DNA of 64,000 nucleotides from contig OZ250172.1 in assembly GCA_965237905.1 (NCBI GenBank), positions 2,688,001 through 2,752,000 on the forward strand, written 5' to 3'. Each line of letters opens with the position of its first letter. Position 1 is the stretch's first letter. This DNA is from Nitrospinaceae bacterium (GTDB taxonomy: Bacteria; Nitrospinota; Nitrospinia; Nitrospinales; Nitrospinaceae). Both the position numbers and the translations under genes were made by a program. The notes under the pieces are model-generated. The model had not been told where the DNA came from, made no database searches, and saw only the letters and a list, made by a program, of their open reading frames with translations. This document shows positions 28,558-38,117 of the stretch, piece by piece.

Positions 28558-28773
28558 ATGTTTTATGAAGTCAAGGTTCTGGATCAACAAGGCAAGGTAA
28601 AGAAAGTGATATCTTCCAAGCGATTGAGCAATAAGTACTGGAAACGGAACAATGAAGGGAAAGAATTCACTGGAAATATGGGAATGGAAGATGACGAACT
28701 CAATTATGAGTCCGGTTGGAGTACTCTCGGGAATTCCAAAAATAATCAGGTTAAACTGGACGAATCGGCTTAA
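28558..28773 (+). CDS. Small hypothetical protein
   Basis: Strong GGAGG RBS; 71 aa. Confidence 0.65.
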   Translation: MFYEVKVLDQQGKVKKVISSKRLSNKYWKRNNEGKEFTGNMGMEDDELNYESGWSTLGNSKNNQVKLDESA

Positions 28774-28924
28774 CCTTCTGCCTCACCTCATTTTTCCATA
28801 GAACGATGGTATTCCTGCCTTTATAATTGAAAAATCAACTTGTATTAATCTGGAACAACCTTCAGAATCGTCATAATCTGAATCGCCAAGAACAAGAACC
28901 TGGCGTGAATATTAATCCCTGCCT

Positions 28925-28960
28925 CAAGTCCTATGTATGTAACAAGTCCTATGTATGTAA
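28925..28960. repeat. Perfect 18-bp tandem duplication spanning the rnd start
   Basis: CAAGTCCTATGTATGTAA present twice. Confidence 0.9.
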
Positions 28961-30141
28961 CCACAGACGAGGATCTTCCCGAGCTGATCCAAAAACTGGA
29001 AAACTGTGAAGTTCTGGCTGTGGATACCGAGTTTGTCCGGGAAAAAACCTATTTTCACCGGTTGGGCCTCATTCAGATCGGTGGCGATGGTATTTACGGC
29101 GCGGTCGATCCTATTTCCGTAAGAAACCTGGAACCGTTGCTGGAGCTCCTGAAACGCCGGGATAAAATTAAGGTGTTTCATGCGGGGAAGCAGGATTTGG
29201 AAATCTTGTTCCGCTTGACCGGAGAGGTGGTTCAGCCGATATTCGATACCCAAGTAGCCGCGTCGATGGTGGGGTGGGGTGCCCAGATCTCATTCGCGAA
29301 AATCGTAAAAAAGGTTACCGGGAAAACAATTAATAAATCCGAGACCTATACCGACTGGTGCCGGCGACCTTTGCGGCAAAGCCAAATCGATTATGCGCTG
29401 GATGATGTCCGATATCTGGTTCCTGTCTATCATAAGTTGGTGAAGCAACTCGACAAACTGAATCGCACGGAATGGGTGGAAGATGAGCATCGGGAATTGG
29501 TTGATCCCTCCCACTTCGAGTTGCCGAATCCGCAAAAGGTGTACCTGAAAGTCAAAAACTTTCGCACGCTCAAGCCCAGGAACCTGGCTGTGTTGAGGGA
29601 ATTGGCGGCGTGGCGGGAAGAGCAGGCCATGCAACGGAATTGCCTGGCCAAATCTATCATCCGGGATGAGCCCCTGCTGGAAATCGCGCGAATCCTTCCG
29701 CAGTCCCGTAAAGAAATAGCGGATATCCGCGGGGTCAACTCCCGGGAAGTCAGTTCCAACGGTGATGAAATTATTGATCTCATCAAAAAGGGAATGAGTA
29801 TTCCCGAAGATCGGTATCCCACATTTCCCGAATCCTCTCATTACTCCACCGGTCGGGGTGTGGAGGAGCTACTCGCCGCGTTTGTTCAAATTCGTTCTGA
29901 AGTCTTAAAGATCGAGCCGCACATGCTGGCGGATCGAAAAATGATCCACAGCTTTGTCGAGTTCCATGAGAAAAAAGAAGATCTCGAACAGCACCCTCTG
30001 TTTCACGGTTGGCGAAAAGGCCTGATTGGGAGTGACCTGCATCTCCTATTGGAAGGCGAACGGGGGTTGTCCATCAATCCTGACGGTAAAGTGCAATTGA
30101 TTCCTGCTCCGGCCAATAACAAGCCTCCGAAAGAATCCTGA
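28933..30141 (+). CDS. rnd: Ribonuclease D
   Basis: AVDTEF, FHAGKQD, FDTQVAA, TDW..RPL and YALDDV, plus an HRDC region; alternative start at 28951. Confidence 0.93.
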   Translation: MYVTSPMYVTTDEDLPELIQKLENCEVLAVDTEFVREKTYFHRLGLIQIGGDGIYGAVDPISVRNLEPLLELLKRRDKIKVFHAGKQDLEILFRLTGEVVQPIFDTQVAASMVGWGAQISFAKIVKKVTGKTINKSETYTDWCRRPLRQSQIDYALDDVRYLVPVYHKLVKQLDKLNRTEWVEDEHRELVDPSHFELPNPQKVYLKVKNFRTLKPRNLAVLRELAAWREEQAMQRNCLAKSIIRDEPLLEIARILPQSRKEIADIRGVNSREVSSNGDEIIDLIKKGMSIPEDRYPTFPESSHYSTGRGVEELLAAFVQIRSEVLKIEPHMLADRKMIHSFVEFHEKKEDLEQHPLFHGWRKGLIGSDLHLLLEGERGLSINPDGKVQLIPAPANNKPPKES

Positions 30142-30159
30142 ACCATTCCGGTTTTCACC

Positions 30160-30801
30160 TCACAAGGTTTTCACCCATTGTTGGAATTCAGGCGTTTGGC
30201 GAAGGTTTGCCAGATCGGGATCGGACTGTGCATCATCGCGGTTTTTGTATCCCAGGCGGATCGATTGTTGAAGCGCTTCGAGACTGGCCGCCTCCTGATG
30301 GGTCAGGGAATAATAACAGGCGAGGTTGTAATAGAGGTGTGGGTTTTCGGGAACCTGCACCTTTAATGTATCGAGCGTCCTTTTTGCCTCTTCGTACTGT
30401 TGCCCTTTCAAATAGGCATTGCTCATATTGATATAGACTTCGTTCAGCGCTTTGTCATGGTGCAGGGCCATCTTGTAGTTCCGCACGGCCTCTTTCCAAT
30501 TCCCCTTGTTTAAAGATTTGTTTCCCTCGTTGTAGTGAAAAATAGCCATCCGGTGTTCCTTCACCGGGTCGACCGGGAGGGCTCCGGGATCGGGTGCCTG
30601 GCCGAAAGCTTCATTCATGGGCTTGGATGACTCCGGAGATCCAGCGTGATCATGCGAATGACCGTGACTCTGTGAAGGGTCGGAATCGTGATCCATGGGT
30701 TTGGGAGGAGGGCGATTTTGATCGCCGACCACAGTGAGTACCAGCAATAAAACCGACAACAGGAGGATGTAGGGTTTCCATGATTCGGGAACGCGTTTCA
30801 T
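30160..30801 (-). CDS. Membrane-anchored TPR protein with His-rich linker
   Basis: TM segment, HDSDPSQSHGHSHDH, and TPRs ending YYNLACYYS..DPDL. Confidence 0.75.
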   Translation of the reverse strand: MKRVPESWKPYILLLSVLLLVLTVVGDQNRPPPKPMDHDSDPSQSHGHSHDHAGSPESSKPMNEAFGQAPDPGALPVDPVKEHRMAIFHYNEGNKSLNKGNWKEAVRNYKMALHHDKALNEVYINMSNAYLKGQQYEEAKRTLDTLKVQVPENPHLYYNLACYYSLTHQEAASLEALQQSIRLGYKNRDDAQSDPDLANLRQTPEFQQWVKTL

Positions 30802-31011
30802 GCCCCTAGCATACTTGATTTGACGGAGCAATTGCATCTTTCCTGTTCCTCGAAATTCCGCAACAGATTGAAAAACAATCCTAATCCATATTTCCTTCAG
30901 GGGTATCTCATATCGTTTTGGATTTGGAGAGAAATTGGTTTACAATCGACCCGACGAACTGGCTCGCCAGTTTGCTTGACCTTCAAAAACCTCCTTCCCC
31001 AAGAGAACCGG

Positions 31012-32853
31012 ATGAGTATTCAGATTCTTCCAGATGACCTAGCCAACCAGATTGCGGCCGGAGAGGTGGTCGAGCGGCCTGCCTCGATCGTCAAGGAACT
31101 GGTGGAAAACTCCATCGACGCGGGCGCGACCCGCATCAGCATCGAAATTGAAGAGGCCGGGAAGAAATCCATCCGCGTGTCCGATAACGGATCGGGAATG
31201 GAACCGGAAGATGCCCGCCTGGCTTTTGAGCGGCACGCCACCAGTAAAATCCAGAGTGCGGGTGATCTGGAGAGTATTCGGTCGCTGGGGTTCCGGGGCG
31301 AGGCGCTTCCCAGCATCGCCTCCATCTCCCGTGTGCGCATGGCTACGGGAACGGGGAAAGGCCGCAACGGAACTGAGGTCTCGATTGAGGGCGGCGGTGT
31401 TTGCCAGGTGAAGGAAATTGCTTTTTCCCAAGGAACGACGATCGAAGTCAATCAGGTTTTTTACAACACCCCCGCGCGCCAGAAATTTTTAAAGAGAGAC
31501 GGCACCGAAGCGGCGCACATTACCCAGGTGGTCCAACAGCAGGCCCTGGCGCATCCGGAAATTCAATTCAGCCTGCACCACAACGGCCGGCAATTGTTGG
31601 CCACACTGCCGACTGATCAGGGACTGTACCGGATCGCGGAATTGTTTGGCGCCGATTTATCGAAGGAGTTGATCCGAGTGGAGAAGAATGACGGGACTTA
31701 CCGCATCGAAGGGTTCCTCTCCAGTCCTGTGTATACCCGGTCCAACCGTAATACGCAGTATTGTTTCGTCAATTCGCGCTTCGTCCGCGACAAGGTTCTG
31801 CTGTCGGCGACGCAACAGGGGTACAGTCATCTTCTGCCGCGAGGCCAGCATCCGGTTCTGTTTTTGTTCATGACGATGGACCCCGGTCTGTTGGATGTAA
31901 ATGTTCATCCCGCGAAGGCGGAAGTCCGGTTTGCATTTCAGCAGGACGTGTACCGGTTTGTCAGTCACGCAGTCCAAGATGCCCTGCAGGAAAACGAAAA
32001 ATCCTTCACGGCACCGGGTAATGATTCGACTACCGGGCAGGGCCGCGAACAACAGCCTTCTTATGATGTGCCCGGACATCAACCAGCATCGGTACCCTCG
32101 AAGGATCCGGTTTCTGGGTCATCCCAGACGGAGCCTGGAAGAGGAGATTGGAGCCGGGGGCTGGAGGCGTTGTACCGTCCGTCTCCCTCGGCGGACCGGA
32201 TGAGAGGCGTTGAGGCGGACCCCCGGCAGATCGAAGTCTTCGGACAAAAACCCAAGCCAGTTTCAGACATGGTGTTTTCCGAGTTCGAACCGGTAGGACA
32301 GTTGAACAACTCGTTTATTTTGATGCAGGGTCCGAAAGGCGTTTTGGTGGTGGACCAGCATATTGCCCACGAGCGTGTGTTGTACGAGCGGTTTCGGGAA
32401 GCGGCCGAAAACAAAAAAGTGGAAGTTCAGGACCTGTTGTTTCCTTTGACGGTGGAATTTCCTCCGGCGGAGGCTCAGGCCTTGTCGGAACATCTGGAAT
32501 CACTCAGGGAATTGGGGATGCATTTGGAGCCGTTCGGTAAAGATGGATTCCTGCTGCGTTCGGTGCCTGCGGTTTTGAAAAATCACGATCAGGAAAGTAT
32601 TGTCAGGGAAGTGGCCGGACGGCTGATCCGGGAGGAGAAGGACCACACCCTCCAGAATAAGATGGAGGATATCATGATCATGATGTCTTGCCGCAATGCC
32701 ATCAAGGTGAATCATCCTATGGAACTGGACCAGATTCGCAAACTGATGCACGATTTAGAGCAAACTCAAATGCCCTATACCTGTCCTCACGGTCGCCCCA
32801 TCGCGCTGTTGTTTGAGATGAACGATATCCTTAGAAAATTCCAGAGAATTTAA
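31012..32853 (+). CDS. mutL: DNA mismatch repair endonuclease MutL
   Basis: NQIAAGEVVERP, GFRGEAL, DVNVHP, DQHIAHER and CPHGRP; start set at ATG 31012. Confidence 0.96.
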   Translation: MSIQILPDDLANQIAAGEVVERPASIVKELVENSIDAGATRISIEIEEAGKKSIRVSDNGSGMEPEDARLAFERHATSKIQSAGDLESIRSLGFRGEALPSIASISRVRMATGTGKGRNGTEVSIEGGGVCQVKEIAFSQGTTIEVNQVFYNTPARQKFLKRDGTEAAHITQVVQQQALAHPEIQFSLHHNGRQLLATLPTDQGLYRIAELFGADLSKELIRVEKNDGTYRIEGFLSSPVYTRSNRNTQYCFVNSRFVRDKVLLSATQQGYSHLLPRGQHPVLFLFMTMDPGLLDVNVHPAKAEVRFAFQQDVYRFVSHAVQDALQENEKSFTAPGNDSTTGQGREQQPSYDVPGHQPASVPSKDPVSGSSQTEPGRGDWSRGLEALYRPSPSADRMRGVEADPRQIEVFGQKPKPVSDMVFSEFEPVGQLNNSFILMQGPKGVLVVDQHIAHERVLYERFREAAENKKVEVQDLLFPLTVEFPPAEAQALSEHLESLRELGMHLEPFGKDGFLLRSVPAVLKNHDQESIVREVAGRLIREEKDHTLQNKMEDIMIMMSCRNAIKVNHPMELDQIRKLMHDLEQTQMPYTCPHGRPIALLFEMNDILRKFQRI

Positions 32854-32909
32854 GAAACGAAGGACAGGGTTGCCCAAGTCCCTTCATCCGGCTGAAGAAG
32901 AAAGGATCT

Positions 32910-33467
32910 TCAGCCTTTGAGGGTAATTTTTTTGATGGTCTTGGCCATTTTTTTCAGCTTGCTGGCATTCCGGCTCTTCTCGACTTTTCTCGAAACCTTT
33001 TTCTTTCCTGTGACCATGGATGCCCGGCCTTTATTCTTTTTTAAGGACCATTCCATGTCCAGCAGGCATTTGTCCTGGGATTTCAGGTTCATTTTCCGGA
33101 AATGGTTCAACAACTTTTTTTCATCCTGCGTCACCGCCACATAGTAATCCCCGCGAATACCCTTGAAGACCAGACGGCCTTCCTTGAGTGAACCGCCGAT
33201 GACGCCTAACTGGCTGATCTTTCCCGCAGGTGGATCCAGATCGGGCATTTCGAGATCGGACGGTTCCAACTTGGTGGTCAGCAGGCGGTCCAGGGAAAGA
33301 CTGCCAAGCCGTGCGAACTTGACCAGCACGGCTACCGGCGCATCCCGCTCACCGGCTTCGTAGCGGACATATGTCCGAAAGCCGATGTCAAGAACCTTGG
33401 CAATAGCCATTTGGGTGCAATTCAGACCCTTACGAATGGTTTTCATGTTTTCAGATAACGTTGTCAT
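32910..33467 (-). CDS. XRE-family helix-turn-helix regulator
   Basis: N-terminal IRK..CTQ..IA..L.IG..TY.RYE.GER. Confidence 0.8.
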   Translation of the reverse strand: MTTLSENMKTIRKGLNCTQMAIAKVLDIGFRTYVRYEAGERDAPVAVLVKFARLGSLSLDRLLTTKLEPSDLEMPDLDPPAGKISQLGVIGGSLKEGRLVFKGIRGDYYVAVTQDEKKLLNHFRKMNLKSQDKCLLDMEWSLKKNKGRASMVTGKKKVSRKVEKSRNASKLKKMAKTIKKITLKG

Positions 33468-33710
33468 GCTTTATTTCGCTTTCCCCTCCCAGGTTACAAA
33501 ATAAACAGCCAAAAGGTATATTACACCAACTAATCAAAAAAAATAAAAACGATCTTTATTCTTTCAGAGAATATTTTACATAAAATAAGTCAGCCCAAAT
33601 AGGGTGATTTTTTACAAGAAAAAAAATGTCCCGCATCGATCAATGAAAAAGCTACTGAGTTAAGGGGGATCCTGCGGATTATGCAATAGAGGACATACTG
33701 AGTTAACGGT

Positions 33711-34472
33711 TCAGGCCAGTTCGATGCCATTCTTTCTTAAATATTTGTAAGCTTCTTCGATCCAGTGCTTTTCCTTTTCCAACTTGTATTCCGGAAGATC
33801 CTTCGCGGACCCGATAATACTTTTCATGTAATCGATGGCTTCCTTCTTTTTGCCTTTTCTATCCAAAAGCTGGGCGTAGTGATAATACGCTTTGAAAAAA
33901 TGAAATGAGTTGATAACAGCCTCATAAGTTTCCAAAGCCTTATCTTCCTGGCCGGAGAGCCGGTAACAATCGGCCAATCCGAAAATGGCATTGCCATAAT
34001 CGTATTTTTTGTCGATTTTGATCAGCTCTTCAAGGATTTTGGCGGCTTCAGCGGGTTGACCCATGCCATACAGGGATTTGGCCAGGCCGTAGCGGGCCTC
34101 GGTCAGTTCCGGATCTTTTTTGATGGCTTCTTCAAACTGGGTCACCGCAGGCTCATACTTTTTCTGCTCCAGATAAATTTGTCCCAGCTTTTCGTAGTGG
34201 TAGGCCTTGTGAAATTTGGTGATCAATTCCTTGAGTTGCAGGGTTTCCTCAGTTTCGATTTCGCGTGCCGGGCCTGCATTGAACAGCCTGATGGGTTGTA
34301 AAGTAGGCCCAGGTCCGCTCGCCCGGCTTCTCACCGCAAAAAAATAAGCGAATGGCCCCACCGGAAACAGCACCACAATGATTATGATCCAGATAAAATG
34401 TTCTTTCCGATTGATGCAATCCATGCTCATCCACAGCACGAATCCGGCATATGCGATCCCGAGTATTTCCAT
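33711..34472 (-). CDS. Membrane-anchored TPR protein
   Basis: Two N-terminal TM segments followed by TPRs; coupled to panD. Confidence 0.8.
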   Translation of the reverse strand: MEILGIAYAGFVLWMSMDCINRKEHFIWIIIIVVLFPVGPFAYFFAVRSRASGPGPTLQPIRLFNAGPAREIETEETLQLKELITKFHKAYHYEKLGQIYLEQKKYEPAVTQFEEAIKKDPELTEARYGLAKSLYGMGQPAEAAKILEELIKIDKKYDYGNAIFGLADCYRLSGQEDKALETYEAVINSFHFFKAYYHYAQLLDRKGKKKEAIDYMKSIIGSAKDLPEYKLEKEKHWIEEAYKYLRKNGIELA

Positions 34473-34861
34473 TATGATAATGCTTGTGAGGTGAAGGCCA
34501 AAGCTCCCTGCCGCTCGATGACTTTGTTGCTTTCGTCCAGCAGGAGGACTCGAGGCTGATAATTTTCAACTTTGTCTATGTTTATCATACCATAAGCCAC
34601 GATAATGATGCGATCCTTTCTCTCCACCAGGCGGGCCGCGGCTCCGTTGACGGAGATCATCCCGCTCCCGCGTGTGCCGGGTATAACATAAGTAATCAGC
34701 CGGTTGCCGTTATTGATGTCATAAATATGCACTTGCTCGTAAGACGAAATCCCGACCTCCTCCATCAGGGCCTCATCGATTTGAATACTGCCTTCATATT
34801 CAATATCCCGGTCCGTTACCGTAGCCCGGTGCAATTTGGATGTCAGCATGATTTTTTGCAT
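34472..34861 (-). CDS. panD: Aspartate 1-decarboxylase
   Basis: KLHRATVT, YEGS self-cleavage site and NGAAAR. Confidence 0.95.
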   Translation of the reverse strand: MQKIMLTSKLHRATVTDRDIEYEGSIQIDEALMEEVGISSYEQVHIYDINNGNRLITYVIPGTRGSGMISVNGAAARLVERKDRIIIVAYGMINIDKVENYQPRVLLLDESNKVIERQGALAFTSQALS

Positions 34862-35709
34862 CAGATTCTCTCGATTAAACAGTTGTCAATAAGCCGGGCT
34901 TTCCCGACATGAACGGCCAGGGCAATCATTGCTTTCCCTTGGATCTCCTCCAATTCCTCAAAGCGTTCCGGATCACATACCGAAATGTAATCCACCTGTG
35001 CCTGGCCTTCCTGTTCGATAATATTCCGCATTCGCGAGCGAATGGTTGCTACAGAAGATTCCCCTTGCGCGACCAGTTGCTGGGCCTGCTGTAACGCCTG
35101 GTGAAGCGATTGTGCGGTTTTCCGCTCGGCCTTTCCCAGATATTGGTTGCGTGAGCTCATGGCCAACCCGTCCGGTTCCCGAATGATCGGCAGGCCGACA
35201 ATCTCAATATCCAGATTGAGGTCGTCCACCATTTTCCGGATCACCTCCAGTTGTTGGCGGTCTTTCTCGCCGAAAAATGCCGAATGGGGCTGGATAATAT
35301 TAAACAATTTCAACACGAGGGTCGTCACTCCGCGAAAGAGTTCCCGACGGCTTTTGCCGCACAGCTTATCGGTAATCTCCTCAACATGGACATACGTCTG
35401 AAATCCCTCCGGGGACATGTCATCCGCAGTGGGAAGGAACAGGGCATCCACGCCCAATGGCTCCAATTCGCGCCGGTCGGCTTCCAGATCACGCGGGTAC
35501 GTGTCCAGATCTTCGTGGGGGCCGAACTGTTTGGGGTTTACGAAGATGCTGACGACAGTGCGATCGCAGGCACTTATGGATTTACGGGCCAGACTCAAAT
35601 GTCCCGCGTGCAGGTATCCCATGGTGGGCACCAACCCGAGGGTTTGCCCGTCCTCCCGCACCTTCCGCGACCAGGCTTTCATCTCATCAAGAGTCTTTAA
35701 AATTTTCAT
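34861..35709 (-). CDS. panC: Pantoate-beta-alanine ligase
   Basis: VPTMGYLHAGH, FGEKD, GLAMSSRN and RLIDN. Confidence 0.96.
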   Translation of the reverse strand: MKILKTLDEMKAWSRKVREDGQTLGLVPTMGYLHAGHLSLARKSISACDRTVVSIFVNPKQFGPHEDLDTYPRDLEADRRELEPLGVDALFLPTADDMSPEGFQTYVHVEEITDKLCGKSRRELFRGVTTLVLKLFNIIQPHSAFFGEKDRQQLEVIRKMVDDLNLDIEIVGLPIIREPDGLAMSSRNQYLGKAERKTAQSLHQALQQAQQLVAQGESSVATIRSRMRNIIEQEGQAQVDYISVCDPERFEELEEIQGKAMIALAVHVGKARLIDNCLIERI

Positions 35710-35730
35710 GATCCGTTTCCAAAAATCAAC

Positions 35731-36579
35731 TTATCGGGAGTCGTTGCCGACGCTTCGCAGTTTTTCTTTTTCCAGGTGATACGAGTGGGCTTTGTCCGGA
35801 AACGCGCCGGACCGGACCTCGTCGACATAACCCTGCACCGCCGATTGGATCGCCGCTCCCACTTCACTATATTTTTTGACAAACTTGGGGGCAAAATCGA
35901 GGTTCATCCCCAGCATGTCCTGAGTGACCAGAATCTGCCCATCGCAGTGCGACCCGGCACCGATACCGATGGTCGGAATCTCCAGCTCGGTGGTGATTTC
36001 CGCCGCCAGCTCCATCGGCATGCCTTCCAGCACCAGCGCAAAGACCCCGGCTTTTTGTAAATCCAGGGCGTCTTTTCTGATTTGCCGGGCATCGAGATAA
36101 TTTTTGCCTTGCACCCGGTATCCGCCGAATTGATGCACCGACTGGGGAGTCAACCCGACATGGCCCATGACGGAAATACCGGCCTGGACCACGGCGCAAA
36201 CCTTGTCGAGTATACGGGAACCGCCCTCCATCTTCACCGCTTCGGCGCCGCCTTCCTGAATGAACCGGCCGGCGTTCTTGATCGTTTCCGCCTCCGAAAC
36301 GTGGTAGGACATGAACGGCATATCTCCCACCAGAAGCGCAGTGTGTACACCGCGACGGACGCCACGGGTATGGAAAATCATTTCGTCCATGGTCACGGGC
36401 AGGGTGTTTTCATACCCCATCGAAACCATGCCCGCCGAGTCGCCCACCAGAATGACATCAATGCCTGATTCATCCAACAACCGGGCGAACGTGTAATCGT
36501 AAGCGGTCAGCGCGGAAATTTTTCGTTGGTTTTTTTTCCATTCCATCAATTGGGGAATGGTGACTCGTTTTCGGTCCAT
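35731..36579 (-). CDS. panB: 3-methyl-2-oxobutanoate hydroxymethyltransferase
   Basis: LTAYD, LVGDS, GDMPF, GHVGLTPQ and IGIGAG; start set at MDRKRVT. Confidence 0.96.
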   Translation of the reverse strand: MDRKRVTIPQLMEWKKNQRKISALTAYDYTFARLLDESGIDVILVGDSAGMVSMGYENTLPVTMDEMIFHTRGVRRGVHTALLVGDMPFMSYHVSEAETIKNAGRFIQEGGAEAVKMEGGSRILDKVCAVVQAGISVMGHVGLTPQSVHQFGGYRVQGKNYLDARQIRKDALDLQKAGVFALVLEGMPMELAAEITTELEIPTIGIGAGSHCDGQILVTQDMLGMNLDFAPKFVKKYSEVGAAIQSAVQGYVDEVRSGAFPDKAHSYHLEKEKLRSVGNDSR

Positions 36580-36669
36580 AATCCGGTCTCGAAAAATGGC
36601 TTGGATAGTTGGCCGGGAAAAAAGGGCCGGGCCGGACAAGGGAAGGGGGATTTTAAAGCAGTCGCAATT

Positions 36670-36701
36670 AAAAAAGCCCGCCGGTTGAGATGCCGGTGGG
36701 C
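36670..36701 (-). terminator. Intrinsic terminator (attenuator) in the panB leader
   Basis: Minus strand GCCCACCGG-CATCTCAA-CCGGCGGGC-TTTTTT. Confidence 0.8.
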
Positions 36702-36803
36702 ACGGAGGTCGGTCATAAAACAAATCAGGTGAAAGCGTAAACTGGATTGGAAGCCTGTTAGCGGTCTTCCTTCCGAGCTCCCCCAAATTCGTACTATGCA
36801 ACT

Positions 36804-36832
36804 CCGTCCCGGTCTTGTCAGGATCCAAGCGG
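36804..36832 (-). ncRNA. pan RNA motif-like hairpin
   Basis: Minus strand CCGCTTGGATCCTGACAAGACCGGGACGG is a hairpin with bulged A residues, upstream of panBCD. Confidence 0.65.
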
Positions 36833-37471
36833 ATTGTAATATTCTCGCCCTATTCTATGATGATTAATCTTGTTAATCAACTCTTTGAAGTTATATTTTT
36901 CACCCGCCAGGTCGATTTCGTTGGTATTGATGACCAGGAGGGGGGTTTCGGAGTAATAAAAGAAGAAGTTATTGAAGGCGCGGTTGACGTCCTCCAGATA
37001 CTGATATTCCATATTCTGCTCGAACCGCCGACCCCGTTTTTCCACCCGGTCGTGCAGAACGGAGGTCTCAGCCTGCAGAAATATCACCAAATCCGGTCTG
37101 GGAATCTTGATTTTGATCAGGTTGAACAGCTGTTCGTACAGATGCAGTTCGTGGCCCTCAAGATTCAGCCCCGCAAAAATCCGGTCACGATGGAACAGGT
37201 AGTCGGAGATCACCACACTGCTGAATAAATCCCGCTGGGCGAGGTCCAGATACTGGTGGTACCGGTTCAGCAAAAAAAAAACCTGGGTCTGGAAGGCATA
37301 GGTGGACCGGTCTTCGTAAAACTTGTCCATGAACGGGTTGTCCTCGTCCACCTCGAGGACCAGGCGGGCATCGTATTCCCGGGCCAACTTGTGAGCCAGA
37401 GTGGTCTTTCCGGCCCCGATGGACCCTTCAATGGCGATGAATCTCGGTTCGTGCATAAGGGGGTGATTCAA
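36818..37471 (-). CDS. Deoxynucleoside kinase
   Basis: IAIEGSIGAGKTT, FQTQVFFL and PDLVIFL. Confidence 0.92.
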   Translation of the reverse strand: MNHPLMHEPRFIAIEGSIGAGKTTLAHKLAREYDARLVLEVDEDNPFMDKFYEDRSTYAFQTQVFFLLNRYHQYLDLAQRDLFSSVVISDYLFHRDRIFAGLNLEGHELHLYEQLFNLIKIKIPRPDLVIFLQAETSVLHDRVEKRGRRFEQNMEYQYLEDVNRAFNNFFFYYSETPLLVINTNEIDLAGEKYNFKELINKINHHRIGREYYNPLGS

Positions 37472-37534
37472 GTGAGTTAATGGGTCCGGATTCTCATTTC
37501 AGAGAACCCGAGGATTGGCCTCAAGCCGATGGCT

Positions 37535-37888
37535 TCAATTGCTGAGAATTTCCTTGATGGCCATTTTTAATTCCCGGAGGTCCGCTGATTTGACCACATA
37601 GGCTTCCGAGGCCCAGAGTTTGAACTCCTGTTTGTACGCGCCATAAGCCGAACACAAAATGACCGGAATGTCTTTTTGGTTTTCCTTGAGTATCTTCAGA
37701 AAATCGAAGCCGCTCATGCCCGGCAGTTTGACATCCAGGGTGATCAAATCCGGCGGGTTCTCTTCTACTATCTGGAGAGCCTCCTCTGCGTTTCCGGCCA
37801 GCGAAACTTCGTAACCGGCATCCCGCAACTCCTCTTGGTACAGCAGGCGAATATTATCTTCGTCATCCACAACCAGAATTTTCTTCAA
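37535..37888 (-). CDS. Single-domain response regulator
   Basis: ILVVDDE, PDLITLD..LP and YVVK. Confidence 0.9.
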   Translation of the reverse strand: MKKILVVDDEDNIRLLYQEELRDAGYEVSLAGNAEEALQIVEENPPDLITLDVKLPGMSGFDFLKILKENQKDIPVILCSAYGAYKQEFKLWASEAYVVKSADLRELKMAIKEILSN

Positions 37889-38117
37889 AACCGCCTCCTA
37901 TCCCTGTGCAGGGCAACTCCCGGACACTGTAAGAAAGATCCCGGATGCTGGTGCCCACATTAAAACCTCAATGGGCGAAAATCACTTTACCATCTCGCCA
38001 TAACGCTCCAGCCTATTGGCCCTGCGCCGAGCAGCGATGAACCCCTAGTTTTTATTATAATCAGGGAGGTTTTGCAACGGTAAATACCCGCCCGCTCCGG
38101 GTTTGAAAACAGCCTTG

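Noticed and set aside
30820..31011. 64-aa N-terminal extension of MutL in the ORF track
   Set aside because: Homology starts at MSIQIL (31012); the extension spans the divergent promoter region.
36580..36828. N-terminal extension of PanB in the ORF track
   Set aside because: It runs through the leader and terminator; PanB similarity starts at 36579.
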